The notes: generated by a model from the letters alone, not told the origin. 64,000 bases of DNA from an uncultured Desulfobacterales bacterium (GCA_964633115.1 CAZWEO010000006.1:13091-77090), one strand, 5' to 3'. Positions 41,042-50,179 are shown, counted from the first letter of the stretch. A program made the numbers and translations.

Positions 41042-42382
41042 TTAGAGGTGATAGGCATACTCATTGAATTCCCAATCGGTGACACTAGTTCGGAAACGTT
41101 CGACTTCATGTTCTTTGAGAGCCAAATAAGCCTGAACCAACTCAGGTCCCAGGGCTTCACATAAAACCGTGTCGGCTTTAAAATCCTCAAGCGCGTTTTG
41201 CAGCCAAAAAGTTACCGTTTCCAAGCTACCCGGTTCGGCCCCGTAGACATCATCGGGTGCTGGTTCACCTGGGTCTATCTTATTTTTGATACCGTCGAGG
41301 CCGGCGGCTAACATGGTCGCTATGGCTAAATAGGGATTAGCTGATGCACATGGCGCCCGATTTTCCACCCGCGTGGCCTGACCGCGTTCGGCCGGAACGC
41401 GGCAGTATACGGTACGATTATCCCAGCCCCAAGCCAGGTAAAATGGGCAAAAGTTGCCCAACACAAAGCGGCGGTAGGAATTAATGGTCGGTGACATGAT
41501 CGCTGCCATGCCCCGAGCATGCGCCATTTGCCCACCCAAAAAATAACGCAGCAGGTCGGAGACACCATCGGCAGCGGCCGGGTCGTCAAACAAGTTTTTA
41601 TTGGACTCGGGATCATTTAGCGACGCATGCAGATGATAGCCACTGCCACCGTTATCGGTTTTGGGACGCCCCATAAACGTCAACAACAAGTCGTTTTGGG
41701 CGGCTACTTCCTTGCAGACATACTTAAAGGTAAAAGACTGGTCTGCCATTTTAAGCGCCCGGTCGTGTTTCCAATTAACCTCAAATTGTCCTGGAAAGAA
41801 TTCATGATTGATATAAATGATGTCCAATCCAAGCTCGATAAAGAGATTCTGAAATCGCCGCATCATGCCTTTGGGATCGACAACCGGATTAACCTGATAG
41901 ACACACGAAGGACTGGCGTTATACACCTCGCCATCGGCTTCGCCACCCTGGTTAAAAAGGAAAAATTCCAGTTCGGATGCCACAATGGGATCCAGGTTTA
42001 GATCTTGATATTGCTTGATTATGCCTTGCAACACATAGCGGGGGTCCATGGCCAATGGTTGGCCGTCATGCCCAAAGGAATTTCCTATGAATCTGGCAGT
42101 GCCATCCAAATATGGGAGTACGGTAAACGTATCCGGATCTGGTTTGATGGTCATATCACGCCATTGAATTTCGTCACAGAGACCACTGCCCATGGCAATA
42201 TCATTGGCTAAATCGACGGAATAGGTGGCGGTCACATGGTTGCAACCTTCCTCCAGAACCGCTTCAAGTCGACTGGCCGGTACAAGCTTGCTGCGGCAGA
42301 TCCCATGTAGATCCGGAAAATCAATCCGCAACGAATCAATATCGGCTGCCTTAATTTGTTCCTGAATCTCTTTTACTTCCAT
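41042..42382 (-). CDS. Glutamine synthetase-like gamma-glutamyl-amine ligase (GMAS/PuuA-like)
   Basis: DLHGICRSKLVPA, ELEFFL, HEFFPGQFE, GSGYHLH, RVENR, NPYLA; flap GNFCP lacks the GS Glu of GYEAP. Confidence 0.9.
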   Translation of the reverse strand: MEVKEIQEQIKAADIDSLRIDFPDLHGICRSKLVPASRLEAVLEEGCNHVTATYSVDLANDIAMGSGLCDEIQWRDMTIKPDPDTFTVLPYLDGTARFIGNSFGHDGQPLAMDPRYVLQGIIKQYQDLNLDPIVASELEFFLFNQGGEADGEVYNASPSCVYQVNPVVDPKGMMRRFQNLFIELGLDIIYINHEFFPGQFEVNWKHDRALKMADQSFTFKYVCKEVAAQNDLLLTFMGRPKTDNGGSGYHLHASLNDPESNKNLFDDPAAADGVSDLLRYFLGGQMAHARGMAAIMSPTINSYRRFVLGNFCPFYLAWGWDNRTVYCRVPAERGQATRVENRAPCASANPYLAIATMLAAGLDGIKNKIDPGEPAPDDVYGAEPGSLETVTFWLQNALEDFKADTVLCEALGPELVQAYLALKEHEVERFRTSVTDWEFNEYAYHL

Positions 42383-42491
42383 ATCCCCCCCTTTGGCTGA
42401 AATTAAACAAATAGAGCACTATATTTGATTAGTTGAACAGGTATCTTGGCAAGGGTTATTGTAATTTATCTTTCAGTATGATATCGAAATT

Positions 42492-42520
42492 GTAATACTT
42501 CATTCATGTTTTACTGTCAA
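42492..42520 (-). promoter_or_regulatory. Putative sigma70 promoter of the BMC operon
   Basis: TTGACA-17 nt-TATTAC on the minus strand. Confidence 0.5.
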
Positions 42521-42546
42521 GTAAATTATCCCGGAGATTTATAGCC

Positions 42547-44709
42547 ATGCTTGAATCCACTGACGAGCGTGCCGCCCGTGAAATGCGTTTACACGGATAT
42601 GATCACATGGTTAAGAGCCATTGTCGCATGTGTCACGGCGGCTGTGGCGTATTGGTTTACCTCAAAAATGGCCGTGTCATGAAAATTGCGGGCGATCCGG
42701 GGTGCCCCATCAACCACGGCAGTCTGTGCAGCAAGGGAATCGCGTCACCGCAACTGGCCTATCATCCGGATCGATTGACCTATCCGATCCGGCGCATTGG
42801 CCCTAAAGGTAGCGGCCGCTGGGGACGGATCACATGGGATGCGGCTCTGGATCTCATCGCCGAGCGAATGCTGACCTATAAAGGTACCCATGGCGCTGAA
42901 TCGATTGTCATGGGATATGGTACCGGGCGGGAAAACGAGGCAGTTATTTATCGATTCGCCAATCTATTGGGCAGTCCCAATGTACTCACTGCCGGCCATT
43001 TTTGCTACGGCCCCAGAATCGCCACCAGCATCATCACCTGCGGATCCAATCCCATCGTGGATTACGAAAACAATCCCGGCTGCATCATGGTTTGGGGCAA
43101 TAATCTGGTTATCTCCAATCCCGATTGCTACAAAGGCGAACCCTTTTCCTCCAGTGTGGCCCAAGGAGCCAAACTGATTTGCATCGATCCCAGGTTGACC
43201 CGCATCGCCGCACGATCCGATATTTGGCTGCAGCTGCGTCCGGGGACGGATACGGCCTTGGCTTTGGGGATGCTGCATGTGATCGTAAACGAAAATCTTT
43301 TCGACGCCGATTTTGTCAAAAACCACGTTTATGGATGGGAACCCTTCGTGCAACGGGTGGACGCATACCCGCCCGAAAAGGTCGGACAGATCACCTGGGT
43401 GCCCAAAGAAAAAATCATTGCTGCCGCACGGCTATTTGCCACCACCAAACCGGCTGCCATTCAATGGGGCGTGGCCATCGAACAGCAGATCAATTGTGCC
43501 GATAATAATCGTGCTTTGATGGCCCTGATGGGGATCACCGGCAATATCGACCGGCCCGGGGGTCAAGTTCTTTTCAACCCACCCAAAATCCGTAATGTCG
43601 GTCGTTTTGGTGCCCATCGCATGCTGCCTCACGAACAATCGTTAAAGCGTTTGGGTGCTGAGCACTTTCGCCTGGCCGGAAATTTTGCCATCATCAATCC
43701 CAAATATGTTTGGGATGCTATTTTAAAAAAGGAACCCTATGATGTAAAAATGCTTTTTTTGATCAGTTCCAATCCGGTTATCACCCGCGCCAATGCTCGC
43801 GAGGTCTATCAAGCCCTCAAAGCTGTTGATTTCATGGTGGTGTCCGACTTTTTTTTAACACCCACTGCCGAATTGGCCGATGTGGTGCTGCCGGCGGCCA
43901 CCTGGCTGGAGATGGATTATGTGGGCGATTTCTGGAAGCGCCATGGCTATCTGCTACCCAGACGCAAAATTATTCAAGTGGGCGAATGCCGTTCCGACCA
44001 TGCCATGTTGAACGATTTGGCTCACCGTGTCGGTCAAGGTGATCACTGGTGGGATAATTTTGAGGGGGGGCTCGATTACATCCTGGAACCTTTGGGCATC
44101 ACCTGGCAAGAATTCAAACAGATGGATTATATCAGGGGCGATGTCAGTTATTTTAAGTATAAAGAACACGGATTTTCAACCCCCACCAGAAAGTTTGAGC
44201 TCTATTCGACCCTGCTGGAAAACTGGGGCTATGATCCCCTGCCACGTTACCAAGAACCGCCCGAAAGTCCGGTCAGTACCCCGGATATTAAAGCAGGCTA
44301 TCCGTATATTTTGATTACCGGCGCCCGCTCGCCCGGATTTTTTCACACCGAGAATAGGCAGGTTCCCTGGTTGCGGGCACTGCATCCCGATCCTTTGGTT
44401 GAGATCCATCCAGATACGGCTAAAAAGGAAGGCATCCGCGACGGCGATTGGGTGGTGTTGGAATCACCCCGCGGCCGTATCCGCCAGCGGGCCAAAATTT
44501 TCGCCGGTATTCATCCCCAAGTCATCCATGCTCAGCACGGGTGGTGGTTTCCGGAAAAAAAGGAGCCAGGCCATGGATGGGATGAATCCAATGTCAATAT
44601 TTTAACCGACAATGCCTTTGAAAGCTGTGATCCGGCCATGGGAGCCACCAGCGTACGCACGCTTTTGTGTCGTATTTATCCTGAGCAGGCCAAAGGGGAA
44701 ACCGCATGA
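42547..44709 (+). CDS. Bis-MGD Mo/W oxidoreductase, acetylene-hydratase-like clade, cytoplasmic
   Basis: CRMCHGGC...C Fe-S motif, HPDRLTYP, LLGSPN...FCYGP, LRPGTD, HGWWFPE; no Tat signal. Confidence 0.88.
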   Translation: MLESTDERAAREMRLHGYDHMVKSHCRMCHGGCGVLVYLKNGRVMKIAGDPGCPINHGSLCSKGIASPQLAYHPDRLTYPIRRIGPKGSGRWGRITWDAALDLIAERMLTYKGTHGAESIVMGYGTGRENEAVIYRFANLLGSPNVLTAGHFCYGPRIATSIITCGSNPIVDYENNPGCIMVWGNNLVISNPDCYKGEPFSSSVAQGAKLICIDPRLTRIAARSDIWLQLRPGTDTALALGMLHVIVNENLFDADFVKNHVYGWEPFVQRVDAYPPEKVGQITWVPKEKIIAAARLFATTKPAAIQWGVAIEQQINCADNNRALMALMGITGNIDRPGGQVLFNPPKIRNVGRFGAHRMLPHEQSLKRLGAEHFRLAGNFAIINPKYVWDAILKKEPYDVKMLFLISSNPVITRANAREVYQALKAVDFMVVSDFFLTPTAELADVVLPAATWLEMDYVGDFWKRHGYLLPRRKIIQVGECRSDHAMLNDLAHRVGQGDHWWDNFEGGLDYILEPLGITWQEFKQMDYIRGDVSYFKYKEHGFSTPTRKFELYSTLLENWGYDPLPRYQEPPESPVSTPDIKAGYPYILITGARSPGFFHTENRQVPWLRALHPDPLVEIHPDTAKKEGIRDGDWVVLESPRGRIRQRAKIFAGIHPQVIHAQHGWWFPEKKEPGHGWDESNVNILTDNAFESCDPAMGATSVRTLLCRIYPEQAKGETA

Positions 44710-45158
44710 AATCCCTATCTTTAGATATCGATCAAGCATCCTGTTGGGGTTGTCTGACTTGCCAAGTGGCCTGTATCCAAGAAGCAAGCGTAACTGAAAA
44801 TATCAGTATGATCCGGGTCTCTGAAAACGGGCCTAGCATACAAAACGGCCAGCTTGATTTTTCATATGACGTCACGGTCTGTCAACACTGTGACGATCCC
44901 GACTGTCTGGCGGTCTGTCCGGTGGAAGCCATCATAAAGCGGGATGACGGGATTGTTATTTTGGATAACGAGTTATGCACTGGGTGCCAACTCTGTCTCG
45001 AGGCCTGCCCTTATGACGCCATTTTCTTTGATGATTCTATTGAAATTGCCTATAAATGTAACCTGTGTCATCAGCGTATTGACCACGGGCTTAAGCCGGC
45101 TTGTGCCGATAATGTTTGCCTGGCACATTGCATTCGGCTGCAAGGATCATTATCTTAA
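44706..45158 (+). CDS. DmsB-like multi-[4Fe-4S] partner subunit
   Basis: CWGCLTCQVAC, CQHCDDPDC, CTGCQLCLEACPY, KCNLC; ATGA overlap with the upstream gene. Confidence 0.9.
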   Translation: MKSLSLDIDQASCWGCLTCQVACIQEASVTENISMIRVSENGPSIQNGQLDFSYDVTVCQHCDDPDCLAVCPVEAIIKRDDGIVILDNELCTGCQLCLEACPYDAIFFDDSIEIAYKCNLCHQRIDHGLKPACADNVCLAHCIRLQGSLS

Positions 45159-45237
45159 TATTCTTAGGTCATATTCCGATGAGATGTAGCTGTTTAATAA
45201 AAATGAAGGTGCTCGCACTGGCTTTTCGACCTTATAG

Positions 45238-45388
45238 GATTCAAGGAGTCAAGGATCCCAGGGGTCAAGTGGAACTCAGGCCTCAGCTTTAAGCCCCAAG
45301 CTTTAAGCAGCTTAAGGCTTAAAGCTGATGACTGATAAGCCGTTGGTTAATCACTTGGATCCTCGAATCCTTGAATCCTTGGACCCTG
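45238..45388. repeat. Second copy of the 8-bp-array palindromic element
   Basis: Shares termini and core aagctttaagcagcttaaggcttaaagctgatgactgata with 33325-33511. Confidence 0.8.
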
Positions 45389-45454
45389 GTATTCTCCAGC
45401 GCTTTTGGAGAAGAACCATCTTATTCATCTCATAATACGCATAGGGACCAAGCA

Positions 45455-45931
45455 ATGACTTTCGATTTCAATGCCGACAATATACTGGAAGTTGCGCAGC
45501 AACTTGAGCGCAATGGCGCTATATTTTATCGCCAAGCTGCTGAGACGGTCAGCGATTCATCCAACAAGTCCTTTCTGTCCGAATTAGCCGATATGGAAGC
45601 TGAACACGAAGCAACCTTTGGAGCCCTGCGCGCCGAATTATCCCAGAATGAAAAAGCAGGTAATCTATTTGCTGCGGGGGGGGATGCGGGTGTCTATTTA
45701 CAGGCCCTGGCCGATACGCGTGTCTTTTTTGAAAAAGAAATGGATCCCCAATCGATTGAAGATATTTACAAAGCCGCTATTACGGCGGAGAAGGATTCAA
45801 TTGTCTTTTATTTAGGCCTAAAGGACATGGTGTCTGAAGCATTAGGCAAAAAGCGTATCGATCAAATTATCAATGAGGAAAAGGAGCATTTAACACTCCT
45901 CAGTCAAAAATTGATCGAAGTAAAATCTTAG
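45455..45931 (+). CDS. Ferritin/rubrerythrin-like protein
   Basis: LERNGAIFY, DMEAEH, AEKDSIVFY, EEKEH. Confidence 0.88.
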   Translation: MTFDFNADNILEVAQQLERNGAIFYRQAAETVSDSSNKSFLSELADMEAEHEATFGALRAELSQNEKAGNLFAAGGDAGVYLQALADTRVFFEKEMDPQSIEDIYKAAITAEKDSIVFYLGLKDMVSEALGKKRIDQIINEEKEHLTLLSQKLIEVKS

Positions 45932-46002
45932 CTTAAAACATCAGACTTTAGCCTATTAGAATAAAATGCTAAAGATGTATCCAAGCCTTCCAGTTCTCGG
46001 TT

Positions 46003-46082
46003 GTCATCCCCATGAAAATGGGGATCCAGAATAGGCCTCAAGCAGATGGCTTTGTTTGGATTCCCTCTTCCGAGGGAATGAC
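46003..46082. repeat. REP-type inverted pair
   Basis: gtcatccccatgaaaatggggatccag...tggattccctcttccgagggaatgac. Confidence 0.75.
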
Positions 46083-46220
46083 GGAAGGTATTGGGAGGGG
46101 TGGCGGGTGTTGCGGGTTGCTCGTTGAGCTTTGGGCTGTGAGCCATAAACAGCCTACGGTCTAAAAAACTACCGCTTGTTATCTGAATTTAAAACTAAAC
46201 TCAAGAAAACGAGTAAAGCC

Positions 46221-46694
46221 ATGTCGGACACAAATCTATTAAATGAAAAAAGAATTCTGATCGTCGATGATGAACCCGATGTCTTAGAGGTCTTGGAAGA
46301 CCTGCTCAGCATGTGCCGGATTACCAAGGCCGCCAATTTTGAAGAAGCGCGTGACCTCCTGGAAAATCAATATTTCGATTTGGCTATTTTGGATATCATG
46401 GGTGTCAACGGCTATGAATTGTTGGACATCTGCGGCCATAAAAAAGTGATCGCTGTGATGCTAACGGCCTATGCCATGACGCCCGAAGATATCAAGAAAT
46501 CGTATCAAGAAGGTGCGGCCTCCTTTGTGCCCAAAGAAAAAATGGCCGATATCGACGTTTTCCTAACCGACATATTTGAAGCCCGTCAAAAGGGAAAAAG
46601 CCTTTGGTGGCGCTGGTTCGACCGTTTGGCCGATTACTGTGAACGCAAATTTGGTCCCGACTGGCAGAAGGAGCATGGATTCCGGGTCCGCTAG
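46221..46694 (+). CDS. Single-domain response regulator
   Basis: ILIVDDEPD, LDIMG, MLTA, FVPK. Confidence 0.88.
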   Translation: MSDTNLLNEKRILIVDDEPDVLEVLEDLLSMCRITKAANFEEARDLLENQYFDLAILDIMGVNGYELLDICGHKKVIAVMLTAYAMTPEDIKKSYQEGAASFVPKEKMADIDVFLTDIFEARQKGKSLWWRWFDRLADYCERKFGPDWQKEHGFRVR

Positions 46695-47044
46695 CGACTG
46701 CGCTTAAAGGTCATTCTCCCCTCTTCTGCCATGCTGGCAGCAAACTGATCATAGCCGTTTTGACGTATGGCCTTGATGCAGGCAGCCCGATTGCTGTTGA
46801 AAATCAATCCAAACAGTTTGGCCATAAAATTATCGTATTTTTTACAAGCCATTACATCGGAAAACTGAGTGCATTCGACACAGGACGCATAGCCATTTTC
46901 TAGGCAGCAACTGCGTACCTTGCACCAGGATGCCTTTTCATTGTGCATACACCCCGGGCACTTGCCCTTTTGATACTTACCGCAGGCACCGCAATACAAT
47001 CCACATTTGGCAATCAGATTGGTGTCAACTTTAATCTGTTTCAT
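46691..47044 (-). CDS. DUF3795-like Cys-rich protein
   Basis: CGLYCGAC...CPGC...CKVRSCC...CVEC. Confidence 0.8.
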   Translation of the reverse strand: MKQIKVDTNLIAKCGLYCGACGKYQKGKCPGCMHNEKASWCKVRSCCLENGYASCVECTQFSDVMACKKYDNFMAKLFGLIFNSNRAACIKAIRQNGYDQFAASMAEEGRMTFKRSR

Positions 47045-47111
47045 AACAATCCTCCTTTGATGATGTTATTGTTTGTTTCCTGTCTTGGAAACCTATAGTA
47101 ACAGACCCCTT

Positions 47112-47127
47112 TGACACCCCTATGTCA
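47112..47127. promoter_or_regulatory. Palindromic operator TGACA-N6-TGTCA
   Basis: tgacacccctatgtca upstream of the DUF3795 gene, next to the WYL regulator. Confidence 0.55.
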
Positions 47128-47253
47128 GGTTTAGTTTCAGAATCTTGTATAAACCTTGATATCAGTTTTTGAAGTAGCGATGAATATTGATTTTATAAGG
47201 AAAGTTTGAGGCTATTAGGTGTTTAGACTGTTAGGCTTTTAGCTGCTAACAGC

Positions 47254-48189
47254 CTAATTGTTTGAATAGATACTGGCCATTGCGGCAATCCGTTCCTGGA
47301 CATGTTTGACCAAGCTATGCGGTTCCAGCACCTTCACCATGGGGCCATAGCTTAAGATCATTCCCATGAGCCACTCCCCATCGGGCACCTGAACTTCAAT
47401 GGTCAGCCAGCGGTCGTCTTTAGCCAAGACCTGGGCATCATCAAAATAGTCTTCTACCAAATGTTTGACCTGGTTTGAAAATTTTAAAACTACCCTGATG
47501 TGTTTTTCTTTGGATTCCCAGCGTGTGTCCGTTTTTTGGTAAGCTTGATTTTTTCTCTCAAAAACGACACCCAAGACTTCGATTTTTTTGAGGCGGGTTA
47601 ATTTAAACAGTCTGGTATCCTTGCGTTTGCGGCAGTAGCCGTATACATACCAGGCAAATCCTTTCATGATTAAAGAAAGCGGCTCGATCTCTCTGTGGGA
47701 AGCCGCTCCATAGCTATCCATATAGTCAATCCGTATCACAAGTCTGCTTTTGACAGCTTCATAGATCTGTTGAATTCTGGCCCCGGTTTTATCCTGACTC
47801 CCCCAACCTTGGGTATCAAAAATAATCATATCGGATTCGGATGCGTGTCCCTCCCGTTCACTGTCGGGCAACAGGCTTTGCACTTTTTCGAATATCATCG
47901 CCATATCATCATCATCCAGGACGGCATTAACCCCTTTTAAGGCCGATAGAATGGAGCGTAAATCGGAAATGCTCATAAATTGTTTATTGAATTTGTAATT
48001 ATCCGGCAGTTCGTAACCGCCGCCGGTTCCCTGATTGGAAATGACAGGAATGCCGGCCAGATTCAGGGCATTGATATCACGGTACACGGTTCGCAGGCTG
48101 ACCTCAAAACGGTCTGCCAATTCCTTTGCTGTGATCTTGCGGCGATTTAAAAGAATCACCACGATGGCAAGCATTCGATCGATTCGCAT
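47254..48189 (-). CDS. YafY-type wHTH-WYL transcriptional regulator
   Basis: RIDRML, LADRFEVSLRTVYRDI, REIEP, WYVYGYC...RLFKLTR. Confidence 0.93.
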   Translation of the reverse strand: MRIDRMLAIVVILLNRRKITAKELADRFEVSLRTVYRDINALNLAGIPVISNQGTGGGYELPDNYKFNKQFMSISDLRSILSALKGVNAVLDDDDMAMIFEKVQSLLPDSEREGHASESDMIIFDTQGWGSQDKTGARIQQIYEAVKSRLVIRIDYMDSYGAASHREIEPLSLIMKGFAWYVYGYCRKRKDTRLFKLTRLKKIEVLGVVFERKNQAYQKTDTRWESKEKHIRVVLKFSNQVKHLVEDYFDDAQVLAKDDRWLTIEVQVPDGEWLMGMILSYGPMVKVLEPHSLVKHVQERIAAMASIYSNN

Positions 48190-48309
48190 TTGGGGAACCC
48201 TGTATTTTTTTCGACTAGTACCAGATTTTTGCAAAATTCAGGTAGCATATGTGTCCGCTTTTAGCATGTCCGGTTACTGAGCATGGCGATGGTATGTTAC
48301 TCAATTCAA

Positions 48310-48621
48310 TCATTCAGACGAAGCTGATTCCTTTTTGATAATTTTATAGGTCTCTTGATAAATCGTTTTACGTGGCCCGACTGCAATTAAATCAATAGTT
48401 TGCCCTGAAGAAATACGATATATAATCCTGAATCTACTGATTCGGTAGCTCATCAGTCCGCTAAGATCATCCTTAAGAAGTTTACCAGATTCCGGTTCAA
48501 CTAAAATGTGTCTTAGCCCCGCCCTTATTTTCCTCTTTAGATGCGGATGACACCCTCTGATCAGTTCAACGATCGAATCAGGGACTCTGAGCTTTCTTTG
48601 GATGCTTCTTCTCGAAATCAT
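48310..48621 (-). CDS. RelE/ParE family toxin
   Basis: GKLLKDDLSGLMSYRISRFRIIY...VGPRKTIY. Confidence 0.88.
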   Translation of the reverse strand: MISRRSIQRKLRVPDSIVELIRGCHPHLKRKIRAGLRHILVEPESGKLLKDDLSGLMSYRISRFRIIYRISSGQTIDLIAVGPRKTIYQETYKIIKKESASSE

Positions 48622-48624
48622 ATT

Positions 48625-48882
48625 CTATTCGAAAAGCTCTTCCAAGGTATATACATTCGTACCTTTGTTAAGATCATTAAGACCTTGTTTTATCTCGCTC
48701 ATTAAGTCGCCATCTGCTTTGATTTCAATGGTTTCACGCCAGGACTCAAATTCATCCGGACTGACCAAAACCGCGGCAGGTCGACCGTTCTTGGTAATGA
48801 TGAACTCCGCGTCCGTGGATTGAACCTTTTCGATCAGTTCACTCAGTTTCATTTTTGCTTCGGATAAAGAAAGTGTATCCAT
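48625..48882 (-). CDS. Phd/YefM family antitoxin
   Basis: LSEAKMKLSELI, ITKNGRPAAVLVS. Confidence 0.92.
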   Translation of the reverse strand: MDTLSLSEAKMKLSELIEKVQSTDAEFIITKNGRPAAVLVSPDEFESWRETIEIKADGDLMSEIKQGLNDLNKGTNVYTLEELFE

Positions 48883-48902
48883 ATTATGACCTCAATTATA
48901 GT

Positions 48903-48950
48903 TGACCAATATTATGGTCATAATTTAACCCAACATCACCACATTGTCAA
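48903..48950 (-). promoter_or_regulatory. Toxin-antitoxin promoter with palindromic operator
   Basis: TTGACA-17-TAAATT (48950-48922) followed by the tgacca-N6-tggtca palindrome. Confidence 0.65.
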
Positions 48951-48975
48951 ACTTAAATGCCTATAGCCTTATATG

Positions 48976-49509
48976 TTATTTCCCTACCTGATCAGGTCTG
49001 TTATTGCGTCGATCACGCAATCTATTCAAAATATCCTGCTTTTCCCGAGGTGTGAGATTTTGCCAACGTTGAAATCGATTGGAAAGGTTTTGGCGCTGTT
49101 CTGGTGTTAAATTCTGATAGTTACGATAAAATTTTCGCATCCTTTCTTTTTTATTTAGGGGTAACTTTTTCCAGCGTTGATAATTTTTTAACAAGGTATG
49201 TTTCTGTCCTGTTGTCAACTGGGCAAAACGTTCAAAATTTCGCTGCAGCCGTTGCTGTTCTTCGCGTGGTAGTCTTCGGTAGGCTTTTATCCTTTTGCGT
49301 AGCCGATCCTTTTGATCATCTGACAGGCTGGTCCACTGTTGATACTTTTGTCGTAGGTTCTCTTTTTCCTGGGACGAAAGTTGCTGCCATTTCTGAATAT
49401 CCTGCGGTGTAACCGTTTCAGCCTGTGCCAATTTTAGGCCCCAAAGATTAAAAACCAACATAACGGTAATTAGGATGCTAGTCTTTATTTTCATTTTGAT
49501 TTTCCTCAA
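48976..49509 (-). CDS. DUF3106-like periplasmic helical-repeat protein
   Basis: Signal peptide and repeated WxxLSxxxK / WQNLTP units. Confidence 0.8.
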   Translation of the reverse strand: MRKIKMKIKTSILITVMLVFNLWGLKLAQAETVTPQDIQKWQQLSSQEKENLRQKYQQWTSLSDDQKDRLRKRIKAYRRLPREEQQRLQRNFERFAQLTTGQKHTLLKNYQRWKKLPLNKKERMRKFYRNYQNLTPEQRQNLSNRFQRWQNLTPREKQDILNRLRDRRNNRPDQVGK

Positions 49510-49702
49510 TCAATACGTCCATATCTTTTATAATATCTATAGATTCCATCAGATCCATCAGTTGAAGGATATCCATCACAGCGATGATTTTCAGATCTTC
49601 TTTGCTGGGTTGCTCAGATGGCTTGGGTGGTGCGGTACCGCCATCTGCCATAGCAGATCCCGCCCACAAAAGAGTTGCTATGATGATTACAATCAGTCGC
49701 AT
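49478..49702 (-). CDS. Small exported protein of the ECF module
   Basis: Signal peptide; acidic MDILQLMDL tail resembling the anti-sigma C-terminus. Confidence 0.6.
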   Translation of the reverse strand: MRLIVIIIATLLWAGSAMADGGTAPPKPSEQPSKEDLKIIAVMDILQLMDLMESIDIIKDMDVLIEENQNENKD

Positions 49703-49706
49703 ACCC

Positions 49707-50177
49707 TTATCCCTGAGAATTTATGGTCTGCAGCGCTTCCCAAACTTCAAATAATTCCAAATTTTGTATCAGCTCTAAGTCATCTAACATGTCGATACTC
49801 TCTGCGATGATGACTTCCTGAACACTTGGCACTGGTGGTGTGTATTGCCATAATGCTAGACCAGCAATAATACCGACAGTTAAACCAGCAGCTAAAATCG
49901 GCTTCCAGTGAGCCAACCAGCGCATTCCCCAGAAGGACTGGGATCGGGCCATCTCAATCTGATCAATTTTTTGCCAAAGCTCGCGATTGAATTCTGGCCT
50001 TGCCATTATACCTGGAAGGCCTCGGATCATCTCATCGCCCAATTCATAATGCTCCAATGCTTTACGACAGGTGGTACAATCACCTAGATGCCCACGAATC
50101 TGATGCATACGCTTGTCGCTTAAAGCCCCATCCAAAAATGCACTCAAGCTTTGCTCACTCGGACTTTTTTTTTTCAC
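49707..50177 (-). CDS. Zinc-binding (HxxxCxxC) anti-sigma factor
   Basis: LSAFLDGAL...HLGDCTTC, single TM. Confidence 0.88.
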   Translation of the reverse strand: MKKKSPSEQSLSAFLDGALSDKRMHQIRGHLGDCTTCRKALEHYELGDEMIRGLPGIMARPEFNRELWQKIDQIEMARSQSFWGMRWLAHWKPILAAGLTVGIIAGLALWQYTPPVPSVQEVIIAESIDMLDDLELIQNLELFEVWEALQTINSQG

Positions 50178-50179
50178 AT

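Noticed and set aside
38128-42382. Housekeeping GS/GOGAT ammonia assimilation operon
   Set aside because: The GS flap Glu is missing, the subunits are split in GlxBCD/MgsABC fashion without a GltD-type gene, and the context is catabolic; not fully excluded without assay.
42547-44709. True acetylene hydratase supplying acetaldehyde to the BMC
   Set aside because: The catalytic Asp position is His, and a redox partner subunit is present.
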